In this document: positions 12,072-23,168 of the stretch, one piece after another
Numbering within the stretch: position 1 is the stretch's first letter
Layout of the letters: every line of letters starts with the position of its first letter
Assembly: GCA_043228905.1 (NCBI GenBank)
Contig: JBHGNT010000006.1
Span: forward strand, 3,162,001 to 3,226,000
Direction of reading: 5' to 3'
From: Azolla caroliniana
Lineage: Eukaryota; Plantae; Polypodiophyta
Length of the DNA stretch: 64,000 bases
The notes under the pieces: model-generated
The model's database searches: none
Seen by the model: the letters and a program-made list of their open reading frames with translations, nothing else
What the model was told of the DNA's origin: nothing
Program-made: the position numbers and the translations under genes

Positions 12072-12395
12072 GAGGATAAAAAGATCAACATTATGCCATC
12101 CTAAATGCTTTCCAAGTTTTCCTTTTCCTTCACATGAGCAGGAAAATTACAGGTGTGTTATCAACTTAAGCATTGAGAATGAACTGTGATGTAAACCTCA
12201 TAGAAACTCGCTTTCTCGAGTTTCCTTCAACTATGATATAGAGACTACATTGACAGTTGAAGGATATTGCGGGCTTGTTCTCAAGCACATTGGGTTTTCT
12301 AAACACTAAATCCTAAGGGAACAAAGTTTACTTCCAAACTAAATGATGTTGTGACCACATTCATAGACAACAATATTTGTCATGAAGGCTAATGA
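12072..12395 (+). pseudogene. Decayed DYW domain remnant downstream of PPR2
   Basis: The stop TGA sits at the conserved E2 Trp (GG*ED ~ GxWED). CAT-AG-AAA-CTC-GCT (12199-12212, ~HxEKLA), TTLTV and LRACSQAH (12267-12290, ~LRxCxDCH) follow. Confidence 0.5.
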
Positions 12396-13020
12396 ATTAA
12401 TGGCGCCATCCAATGCTCAATGGAGAAAGTGCAAGAAGACACGTGCAGTAGTCTTCTTGCTTATGAAGGCAACAAAATTTGTGAAGAAAATCGCAGCTGA
12501 AAGAAATGAGGAGTAAAACCCTTTCATCACTTGTTCTCATTCTCAATCTCTCCACCTGAATTGCCCCCAAATCTTGATCACGATTCATGATCAAATGACT
12601 TAGCACTTCATCTCTTGGTTCTCATAACCAACATTGAATTATTAAGAGGGTCGTAGAAACCAGTAAGCAAAGATCCAACAATGTCATTAAAGAACTTCCC
12701 TTGCCAAACAATTCGAAAACATGTGGAACGAATGCAAAGAGCCACGATCATCGATAAGCATGCCGCTCAATTTGGAATGCCTCTAAATAGAGCACCAATC
12801 AAAACCTACTAAAAACAAGCCAATTTGTGGGAAAGTCTAAAGCACATTAGGAAGCATTATAATATGCAAGTGACTATAACACATTCTTGTTGCTAGATTC
12901 ACAAGCTTACCTTCTTAAATCTAATTGTATAAGCATGAAGTGATGGTAAATTGCAACCTTTATTATGCATGTTTAAATGTTGAAAGTGTGTATAATGTTG
13001 GGATACTATAAAGATGATTC

Positions 13021-13180
13021 ATACACATACACATACACATACACGTACACATACACATACACATACACATACACCTACACATACACCTACACATACACAT
13101 ACACATACACGTACACGTACACGTACACGTACACGTACATATACACGTACACATACACACACATACACACACATGCACAC
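13021..13180. repeat. Compound (TACACA/TACACG/TACACC)n microsatellite
   Basis: Hexamer tandem array seen directly. Confidence 0.95.
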
Positions 13181-13314
13181 ACATATCCATATGCATATAT
13201 TTATACTGTATACATATACAAAGGCCCCAAAATAAAAAACGCACACTCATACATACATATATAATATATTATAATTTATATTATGGAGTATTTCTAAATA
13301 TTAATTTTGTTTGG

Positions 13315-13530
13315 AAACCCTAATTTCTGATTTTCGAGCAGAACCCATACCATCTTCTTCTTCTTCTTCTTCTTCAATAATCTTCAGGTTCGTTCCCTCT
13401 ACTTTCTCTTCTCTGTTTTCCTCTGCATATATCTATTAGGGTTTCGTTTTGTACGTATATATACGTATGTGTTCATGTTTACATACATTTAGGGTTTTAT
13501 TGTACACCTATATATGCAATCTTAGGGTTT
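13315..13530 (+). promoter_or_regulatory. Promoter/5' leader of SR gene with telo-boxes
   Basis: AAACCCTAA at 13315, a (CTT)n leader, a donor CAG|GTTCGT at about 13387, and three reverse telo-boxes (TTAGGGTTT) at the start of the intron. Confidence 0.5.
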
Positions 13531-13599
13531 CATTTTATATGCGAATATATGTGCATGTCGGTCACAGAGAAGGGATCACAGCCTTTTATTGGTTTAATC

Positions 13600-14486
13600 T
13601 TCATCATCGGCCTGCAAATCAACGCCTTTCTTATTTTCTTTTCATCATCAGCATCAAATTAGAGAGTTTCTGTAGTTGATTTCTATATATGTTCATAGCT
13701 TGTTTTCACCATCATGGTCAATCAACAATTTTGACTTTCTTAGCTTAACCTTCGTCATCAACATGCAAATCAGAGGACTTTTGGAGCTCATTTTGATGGT
13801 CAAAGAGCACATGTGCGACTTTCCTTAGTAGTTCTCATCATTAACATGGCAACATGAGATTCTCAGTGAATTTTCATAATCGATATGTAAATATGCCATT
13901 TAGAACTTCTCCTTGTTAAATTCTCACTAACTAAATGCAAATCATGAACTTTGCCTGGTTATTTCTCATCATTTACATGAAAATATGAGAATCTATTGAC
14001 CGGTTTCATCATTAATAGGAAAATATGAGAATTCTCAATGAATTGTTATCATCAACATGCAAATCAAAGACTTTCCTTGTTAAATAAAGTTGAGTGTCCA
14101 ATGAACAACACCAAACTACCACTTTCGAAAGCTGAGCATTTCTCAGTCAATTGATAATTCAACATGCAAATCTGTGACTATGTGATTCTCATTATTAACA
14201 TGTAAATCTGCAATTGCTCTAGTTCACTCTCGCTATCAATGCACTGGCGCTTGTGGAACTGGCAAGGTTAGGCCTAGTCATGGGCCAAAGGTTTTAATAC
14301 TTATTTGCTGGTTTTTAGAAATGTTGGAAGAGGTACTTTAGATACGCCATCAGAAGTGAGTGCTCACCAATGCCCTTAAACATATGTACAGTCTTCTAGG
14401 CTATTTTGGCTCTTAAAAGACGTTAATATAACTTACTTTCTCTCTTTGTGTTCAAGGCTTCTAAGAATTGAATGTCCTCGATTGCA

Positions 14487-14539
<53 letters not shown>

Positions 14540-14670
14540 AATACAACACACAAGTAATGCTCAAGAATGTAGACATCAACGCTTCGCTCGTCTTACCTTC
14601 TTTCTTTCTTTCTCTCTTTATGTTCACTCTCCAAGTTCGTAAGAATCAAATACCCCCAGTTGGTGCGCAA

Positions 14671-14708
<38 letters not shown>

Positions 14709-15275
14709 CCTTCGATTCAATATTACAGGTAATGCACTATTCGTATATATTAACACTTATCACCAGTTACTAAATATGATGGTCTCTTTCTGTTTAGCAA
14801 CCCAATCTAGGTTTCCAACTCTTCTTAACTAGCCCCTGAAACGTGGATGTAGGTATATAATGCCACACTGATCCTTACAAATTCCTCCTTGGAAGGTGGG
14901 AGAATGTAGAATATACATCAAAGAGGGGTTGGGTTCCCGATGTATAGTACCTTATGATATTTTTAGTGGGTATACGTACTTCAAATATTGCATGAGTTTT
15001 TAGCCACGCTTGAAATTCTGCGATATGAATGATCAGCATGCAGACATGAGAATTTCTGATCATCAGCATGCAAATCAGAGAATTTCTTATTTAATTCCAT
15101 CATCAGCAGGAAAATCAGAGACTTTAGTTAATTTTCATCACTTGATGTAAATCAGAGACTCTTAGTTAATTTTCTTCATCAGCATGCAAATCATAGGCTC
15201 TCTATGTCTGTATTATCAACATCAACATGCAATTCAGATACTTTGTCCATTCATCATCATCATCATGCAAAGAAA
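13600..15275. repeat. Degenerate ~40-45 bp minisatellite (TTCATCATCAACATGCAAATCAGAGAATTTCT-like), split by a ~0.8 kb insert
   Basis: Copies at about 13600-14240 and 15030-15275. The insert holds (CT)n tracts at 14491-14535 and 14673-14704. Confidence 0.7.
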
Positions 15276-15978
15276 TGTAGGTCTGACAATGTGTTCGAAC
15301 AAACATCAGTATGTTTTCTCGTGTTCTGGATGGACTTTTATGCGTTTATTATTATTAATTAATGTCATGCCCTTTTTTTTCTTTTTTGCTTGAAGAAAGA
15401 AACTTTTGATCAAAGCTACTTCTTTTTTCAAATAGTATTCTGAATTCGGATAAACCACTTGTAGTGTCAATTTCTATGGAGTTATCGGCTTGTACCCTAA
15501 CTGTAAATATCATGATAATACCTTATTGTTGATTATGGATAGATGCATGGAGCTTGGACAAAAGGAGCTCTTCAACATGCAGTAGTATGGAATAGTTTGG
15601 GAATGAGGGAAAAGAATGATCCAGGGGGCAATTGTTTTTCATGTGGCCTTTGAAAACCATGTTTAGGAGAGAGCTTTGGCTGAATGGGAGATTAATGGGT
15701 TGTTAAGTTTGATAAGTTACATATCATGGCAAAGGAAACAAGAGGAGGAAATGTGCAAGCCAAAGAAAACTACTCTTGGATTGCCCTCAAAGCATTCAAT
15801 CCTTTTAGCGAAACTGTGATTGCAAGCCCATCAGCTTGTTTGTTATTTGACAGTGCTTAATTTGATGGCCTTGGGTTATGATATATATAAATATATATAT
15901 ATGTTCTTCTTTTCCATTGTAGCTATTATTAACCTTGCATCTACAATGTAGTCAAAGTTCAGCTACTGAAGTGTAGCT

Positions 15979-18900
15979 ATGAGCCGTCGGTCAAGTCGGA
16001 CAATTTATGTTGGAAATCTTCCTGGGGATATCCGTGAGGAGGAGGTTGAAGATCTCTTTTACAAGGTCAATATGTTTATTTTGTGAAAACGTTCATCTAT
16101 CATTATTTTACTATGCATATGCTTTAACAAGATTCAAATTTTTTTTTTTTGTCAATCTTTACGCTTCCTAACTTGAGCTTTTGTGTAGTATGGACCTATT
16201 GTTGATATTGATTTAAAAGTGCCTCCTCGTCCTCCGGGCTATTGCTTTGTTGAGGTAATGTGTCACTACTTAGTAAATCTGGATATTTTGCTAGCAACTC
16301 AAATGTCAAATATTTGATTGATTGACACAATTCCACAGTTTGAAGATGAGAGAGATGCAGAAGCTGCAATAAGGGGGCGTGATGGATATAATTTCGATGG
16401 ATATCACATAAGGGTACATTTGCTATAGAAATAGAAAGCCTGATGTTGTAGATATGCTGAAGGAATTGTGAGAAAATGTCTTTGTAATTTGATAGCTTTA
16501 TGGTTAATATTAATGAGCGTCCCTTTTTAAGCAATCTTGTGCTGTGCATTTCGTATTTCTTGGCTGAATGGTTTGAGTATGCTGATCTCTCTTTAGAAAC
16601 GTGACAGAAACTCAGCACAACGATGATGTGGTAATATTAAGCATGCAATAATAAAGTTATGCTTCTTCAGATGGATCTTCTAATTAAATTGAAGCTGTTT
16701 AGCCTTCTGTGAACATATTTATTTTTCTATTATTTCCATTTGTATTGATATTGTTTACTGGGACATTGTCATGCTGCATATCCACCAGGAGAAAATCATG
16801 ATAAGAGTAATACTTATAAACTTTGCTGTCATCTGGTGTTGTATAGAGAACCACTGGGGCCTCATATTTGTTGTATTGAGCATATAGGGGTATCAATTGT
16901 CCCAGTAGGACTAGCCAGAAGGATTTCTGATGCCAAGCATGTATTCTGTTTTAATTCTTTAGCTTGGCATACATGTTCTTGGGTGTGAGCAGTGTGCAAT
17001 TATGTGTTAATGTGAGCAATGTATGTAAGCTTACGTGAGTTAATGTATGTTTGTGTATAAAAGCAAGGTAAATAATGGAACCAAAACAATGTTGAAAGAA
17101 GTTAACTTAGGTATGACCATGTGAGCTGTGTGCATTTATGTGTAAATGTGATTCATGCATGTAGGCTTACACGAGTTAATATGTATTTACATGTCTGTGT
17201 TTGTGAAACCCAAAAAAAGTGAGGAAAAAAGGGGGAGCGAACCAAAGTTGAAGCCTAAATTAACATCTTAACCATTTGGCCCTTAGAAAAGGGAGAGCCT
17301 TGATTGGTTGTAGATATAGAATAGAAGGGAAGCCAAAGAGGTGGGAACCTATAGAGAAATAGGAAAATGTTAAAAGCCTTAATGAAGGTCAGGGTGTGCA
17401 AGTTTATGACAAGCATGGCTTGCACAGCAATGTTGCACCTATCTTCATCTTTGCTTTCACCATCACCATCACCATCACCATCACCATCACCATCACCATC
17501 ACCATCACCATCACCATCATCTTCTTCCTTATCATGTCATTGTCGTTATCTTCTTCACCATGACTTCATTGTCAGCATCAGCATCATCATAACCATCCTT
17601 TTAATCATGAAAAGGCATAGTATACTCTATTTGTTAGGAGTGTGACTTTGTGTTGAAGGTAAAGGGTCCAAATCTTCGAATTGAATTCTCCTCTTCTTCA
17701 TGCTCACAGTGTTTGTCATCTTAAATTTGCTTGTTATCCTCATTCATGTACAAGTGCAATCTATCAAACTCGATAACTTCTAGGAATTTATTTTCCTGCT
17801 AAGTTATCAACTTCAAATATGGGGGTTATGTAACTTTGATATCAAACTATTTGCAGGATAGTTGTGAAATCTGCAAATTTTCTTTGTTATATTGTTACAT
17901 CCTATATAACTTTCAGGTGTGCTGCCTAATAGCATACATGTACACGTTTATGAAGTTTGAATCATTGCATCAGTGTGTAACATCACATATGTAAATGATT
18001 TTAGCTATTTGCTTGGTATTTTCTATTGGCAGTACCATTTTGTTTACTATACATATGTGTGTTTTGGGACATTGATTGTATTTATTCTGCCCCCAACTTA
18101 CTTTTCCATGCTCAAATACCCATAGGTTGAGTTGGCCCATGGTGGGAGGGGTCAATCCTCGTCTTCGGATCGTAACAGCAACTTTAGTTATTCAGGTGGA
18201 AGAGTGGGCGGTGTTTCTAGACGATCAGATTATAGAGGTATGATATCTATCTTAATGTTCTTCCTGTTGGCCCTTCTTAAGGTTATTTGAAGTAAATGAT
18301 CTAATTGTATAAGTGCAGTTGTGGTAACTGGATTGCCATCCTCAGCATCTTGGCAGGATCTTAAGGTTTGATGGAGTGTAGTAGTATATTTTATTTAGTA
18401 TAATGGGAGCTTTTGAAGGCTCTCAGTTTTATCTTTTGGATTTTATCGGAGGGCTTTTTTAGGATCATATGCGCCGTGCTGGTGGTGAGGTTTGTTTTGC
18501 CCAAGTATTCCGAGATGGGAGGGGTGAGCATTTTTCTAAACTGTAGCATCATAAAATAGATGTTTTAGTTCTTGTTATGTTTATGGATCTTATTGAATAC
18601 TGCTATTGCTTGTTTACCACTGTGAGCTTATTTTAGGACTTGTTGGCATAGTGGACTATACAAATTATGATGATATGAAATATGCGGTATGCTCCTGTGA
18701 TTTGATTTCTTTGATAAGAAATTGTTTCTCTACCTAAGGAATCTTATTGGATTCATATCTATCTGTCCATCTATCTAGATACGAAAATTGGACGATTCAG
18801 AATTTAGGAACCCTTTTGCTAAAGGGTATATAAGGGTAAGGAATGCCAGTGGCATGAGCTTATTTCCTTTCTGGATAGGCTTGTTGAAAGCAGTCACTGA

Positions 18901-21491
18901 ACAACCATTTGGACAGGTGAGAGAAGATAAAAATAATGCAAGGAGCCGGAGTCGGAGTCGTAGCTGTAGCCGTAGCCGTAGCAAGGGTCGTGGCCGTAGC
19001 CATAGCCGTAGCAAGGGTCGTGGCCGTAGCCATAGCCGGAGCAGGGGTCATGGTCGTAGCCGAAGCCGGAGTTGGACAAGAAGCCATACTAGAAGCCGTA
19101 GCCTGAGCCTGAGCCCTAGCAGAAGTCGTAGCAGTGCTAGCTACGACCGGAATGCTAACAGAAGTGCACGCAGGTGATTTGAGTTGATTATTATCCTTCC
19201 CATGAAAAACTCTTTTTTTTTAACCATGAGTAGTCAGATTGTACTTCAATCAAGGAAATTTCTGAGGTTCATTGTTATTAGCTCTATTGAATCTCATTTG
19301 CACCTATATTATATGGAAAGATAAAAATATTACTTCTAAATCTTTGCGAAAAGTGTGGCTATTCTTTCTCAAGTATAGAATGTTCTTGATCTTTCTTAAA
19401 ATCATATCTATGTGCTTGAAGCCTGTCATGCTAATTCAATGGAAGAAGGTATGTTTGCAATTTTGCTGTTTTTGATGAAGTCACCACTCCCCTTGGGTAC
19501 AAGGCTGTTGTGTTACGAAACATGGCATATAATGTGTGATTGGGCAGATCTGCACCTCATCACTTCAATTCTGGATGGTAGTTGAATGTATGGAGCTTTG
19601 GAACCAAAATGATGTCTCTATCAGGTGTGCTTTCTAGGGGTGGACCACATATGTCGTTGCCCTGTCTTCTATGAGATCAGAGGAAGGTATCATTGCCTTT
19701 TCAGGGGATGAGGTTTTGGACCTTACAAAGTATAATGGGCTTGGAAGAATCAAAGACGCTACAACTTCAATGCCATTCACCAACGTCTTTGCCAATCACA
19801 GCTCCCAAGAACTATTGCTAACTTCTTCGAAGTTCCCCTGCCCTGGCCCAATCATTCTCCATTTTTGCCCATTAAAGAGTTCAACAAACAGAAAAAGACA
19901 CCTCTTGGAGTGGTAAACATAGAGGGAGCTATGGAATGTTCAGTAAAAATGATCACTATCACGCCCACGGGGCATCACCAACAACCTCACAATTTCAGAA
20001 AGATCAAAGCTATCATTGACATTCACAGAAGGCGTGTGCCAGGCTATCATAACTCCTTTGTGGTAGCATATCCAATGACATATTGGCTTCAAATGTTCTT
20101 TACTTTCTATTTTATTTCAGGAAACTTACTAAAATATGCTTGGTTAAAGTTGAAGCTCAAATGACATGAAAATTAAGGCTAACCACATTAGGAAATAATA
20201 TATGTTTAGCGTATATATTGGCTTAATGAGCCTAATATTAATGATCAAAGAAGGCATGTAAGTGAGGCTAATAAATAATTTAAGTCATCTTTAGTTTTGT
20301 TAGATATGCAAACCACCTTTCTAACCAGAAGCTTTATTTGTAAAGCATAGGTTTTAAGAGAAACATGTGATTAATTTGTTTTATTAAAAAAATCAATTAT
20401 TAATGAGTGGTTGGTGCATAACTATGTGTTAGGCTTCAACTTTGATGAACATATTCTGGTAATGTAAAAAATATAAATGTATACTTTTGTATATATTTTG
20501 TAATTATAACATAGCTTGGTAAATTTCCTGCTTTATTATTTATCTTGTTATGATGAGACAGTTAATTGTAAGCATTTGCTGAACATGCTTCGGTCTCGTG
20601 TGTCCATCTTGGCCTTCGTTAGACGTTTATTCTTTCTCTTCCTCACTAAATAGAAAAATTTATCATAATATCTCCTGTTATACAAAATGCTTTGGTTCAT
20701 CATTGCTTATAGATGATAATACATCTTTCTCTCTTTCCCACACTAAGTAGGCCAGAGAATGGAATGGAAAAACATAGCATATCATAATCTCTCAAAAACA
20801 CAACATATATAACAAACTAGAGACTTCATGAGGCATATGTTACTCTGTTCATTTTAGACATTGAGGGGGATATAAGACTGGGGAAGTCCTTTTTGTGTAA
20901 CATAAATATAATTTTGAGAGACAAAGATGTATTTTTACACATTTCCCTCTATATGGTTATGATTAATTTTCATGGTTCTATATAAGTAGGCCAGGCTCAA
21001 AGTCAAGCTTACATTCCAACTCTAGGAAACTTTCACAGTGGCTTTTTTGAAAATATTTTGTTGCAGTAGCCAAAGTCAGAGTCCAAATCGAACAGTGATT
21101 AAATCAAGGTCACCTTCTGGCTCAGTGAGTATGGCATAAACTTCTTAAAATGATATGTAATCCTTCCATACGTACTGTTAAGTTGAGAACATCTATCATA
21201 TAAAATGAATATGATGGGCTTTAGTCCTTCATGTGTACAACAGTTACAATGATCAAATTTGTTTTATCTTGTTCAAGCAGCCAGAAAACAGCTTGAGGAG
21301 AAGTCCAGCTCGCAATACAAGTAGGAGTCCCTCAATCTCTGCTGTAAGTAAATTGTATTATGACCATTGAGGTTAATTCAGTAACTAGTAAACAAATTCA
21401 ATTATGACTACTGTAGATGTGAATTTATTAACTAATATATGCGCATACAAAATTCCTTGTGCTGACTGCATATCTGTTGCAGGAGAATTGA
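15979..21491 (+). CDS. SR30: SF2/ASF-like serine/arginine-rich splicing factor (SR30/SR34 family), ~313 aa
   Basis: Exons 15979-16065, 16189-16254, 16339-16413, 18126-18237, 18319-18365, 18463-18523, 18637-18686, 18779-18835, 18917-19173, 21067-21124, 21281-21343 and 21483-21491, all GT-AG and phase-consistent. RRM1 ([21 protein letters not shown]), pseudo-RRM with SWQDLKD, and an RS domain. The last three exons are less certain. Confidence 0.92.
17457..17520. repeat. (TCACCA)n microsatellite in an SR intron
   Basis: Direct observation. Confidence 0.95.
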
Positions 21492-22799
21492 TGCCTTTTG
21501 ACTCGAGAATTACAGCAAAATATCACCAACAAAGTATTGAGCAAATTCTTGATGACAAAAGTACTACTCATTTTGGGTATTAAAGCTTCAGCTTTACATT
21601 TAAATCTGTTTGATGTTATGATGGAACAGTTTACCACTGTAACAAACTGCTGTTAGCACATCCATATAGTTTATTTATAGTCATCGTTCTCTTCTTATTG
21701 CACATTATGGTTTTACACTTTAGATTGATTAATGTAAGTGATTTGATTTGTATTGGATGTGCAATTTATAAGAGGGTTGTTTTCTTTTCTAAACTCATTG
21801 TTCTTTACATAATTTTGGTAACTGACTTATATATGTGTAGATCAATGCTGTAGAATCTAGATCAGTGTAACTGACTTATATATGTGTAATGGCTGTTTTT
21901 TCTAAGTTGGAACTTGGGAACGTTTGATGGATCATCATCATGTGAACACATGTTTTGTTGACAGAGACCTTATTCTCATGTAAATTATTTATTGCAGCAT
22001 AGTTATTCACATCAATGGAATTTCACCAAACTTGTGGTTAAGTACTGTGGAGGATAATTATGTAAAGATTCTGGTAGGTCAAATGAAGTTGGCAGTGAGG
22101 CACTGTTCATATGTTTTATGCAAATACAGTTGACCCCAAAAATAGAAGGGGAGATTTAAAGTTATTGATGTGACTTCAAAAGACTGCACAGAAACATGGC
22201 CCTAAAAAATTCAAGGTGATAATTGTTTTAGCATCCAATTGGTCCAATGTATGATTCCATTCCTCAACCCAGAAGCCTGGATGTTAGCTATATTCTGGAA
22301 GGGATCTAGCAAGAAATCCATCTGTCCCTGCCCCATCTGATGACATTTTTGGTCTCGTCACTTGCTCCTTGCCACCAATTTTAGTGGGAGAAGCTCTTTA
22401 AGTTTAAGGGATATTTTGATGCAGATTATTTTATATATAATGTGTTATCAATATGGCAAAGTGTAGGGATTGGATAGGTACGCTTGTACACTTCTTATTT
22501 ACACTACCAAGTGGGTTTAGGATGGTTTGGAGAATACTGTTAAAAATCCCTTTTATCTCGTCTTATACCAAAATGACTTGGATGGTTCAAGAGGCGGTTG
22601 AGATTGTGTCATCAACACTTTTCCACATCCTAATGGTTTCATGTTTTGTTGCATTACCCAATTAGAACTCTTTTCACTATTTCCTCATGTGATGAAATGA
22701 GATAACACAGATGAAAAAATCCTATAAAACATTTGATACTTTTTAGTATACACTTAAACCTAGAGGCTTTAAAATTTGTGCATAAGCATGTAGCTTGGC

Positions 22800-23168
22800 A
22801 GATATGCACAGAATTGATATGCATTTCGCAGATGGAAAATTAGAACGACAGGGCCAGGACCAATATAATCATTCTCTTCATGATGACATGGAATTCAAAG
22901 GGACATGAATCTAGATTTTGGTATTAACATACATTACTAGTGAGAACCCTCAATATGAGGTGAAACCCTCAAAAGAATGTTGATGTAGAAACTGCTGTGT
23001 AGACAGTATGACATGTTTAAAAGCATTCAAAGGTCTACCAAAACTGTACCCTTAGTCAATCATCCCAAGATAGTCTAGATGTCAAAGAATATTAACTCAT
23101 TCATGCACTTGCATGTTTATGTGACATCCCAGAATCTCAACCAATTTATAAATTGTTTCTTTGCATGT
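22800..23168 (-). pseudogene. Decayed E+/DYW domain remnant downstream of PPR3
   Basis: In frame with the PPR: ILGCHINMQVHE (23100-23135), MID*GY (23046-23063) and LHQHS (22974-22988), with L, H and S at canonical positions 22, 25 and 26 counted from GY. Shifted frame: NLDSCPFEFHVIMK (from 22917). Confidence 0.62.

Noticed and set aside
12963-13264. TY/HT/CV-repeat ORFs
   Set aside because: Translations of a microsatellite.
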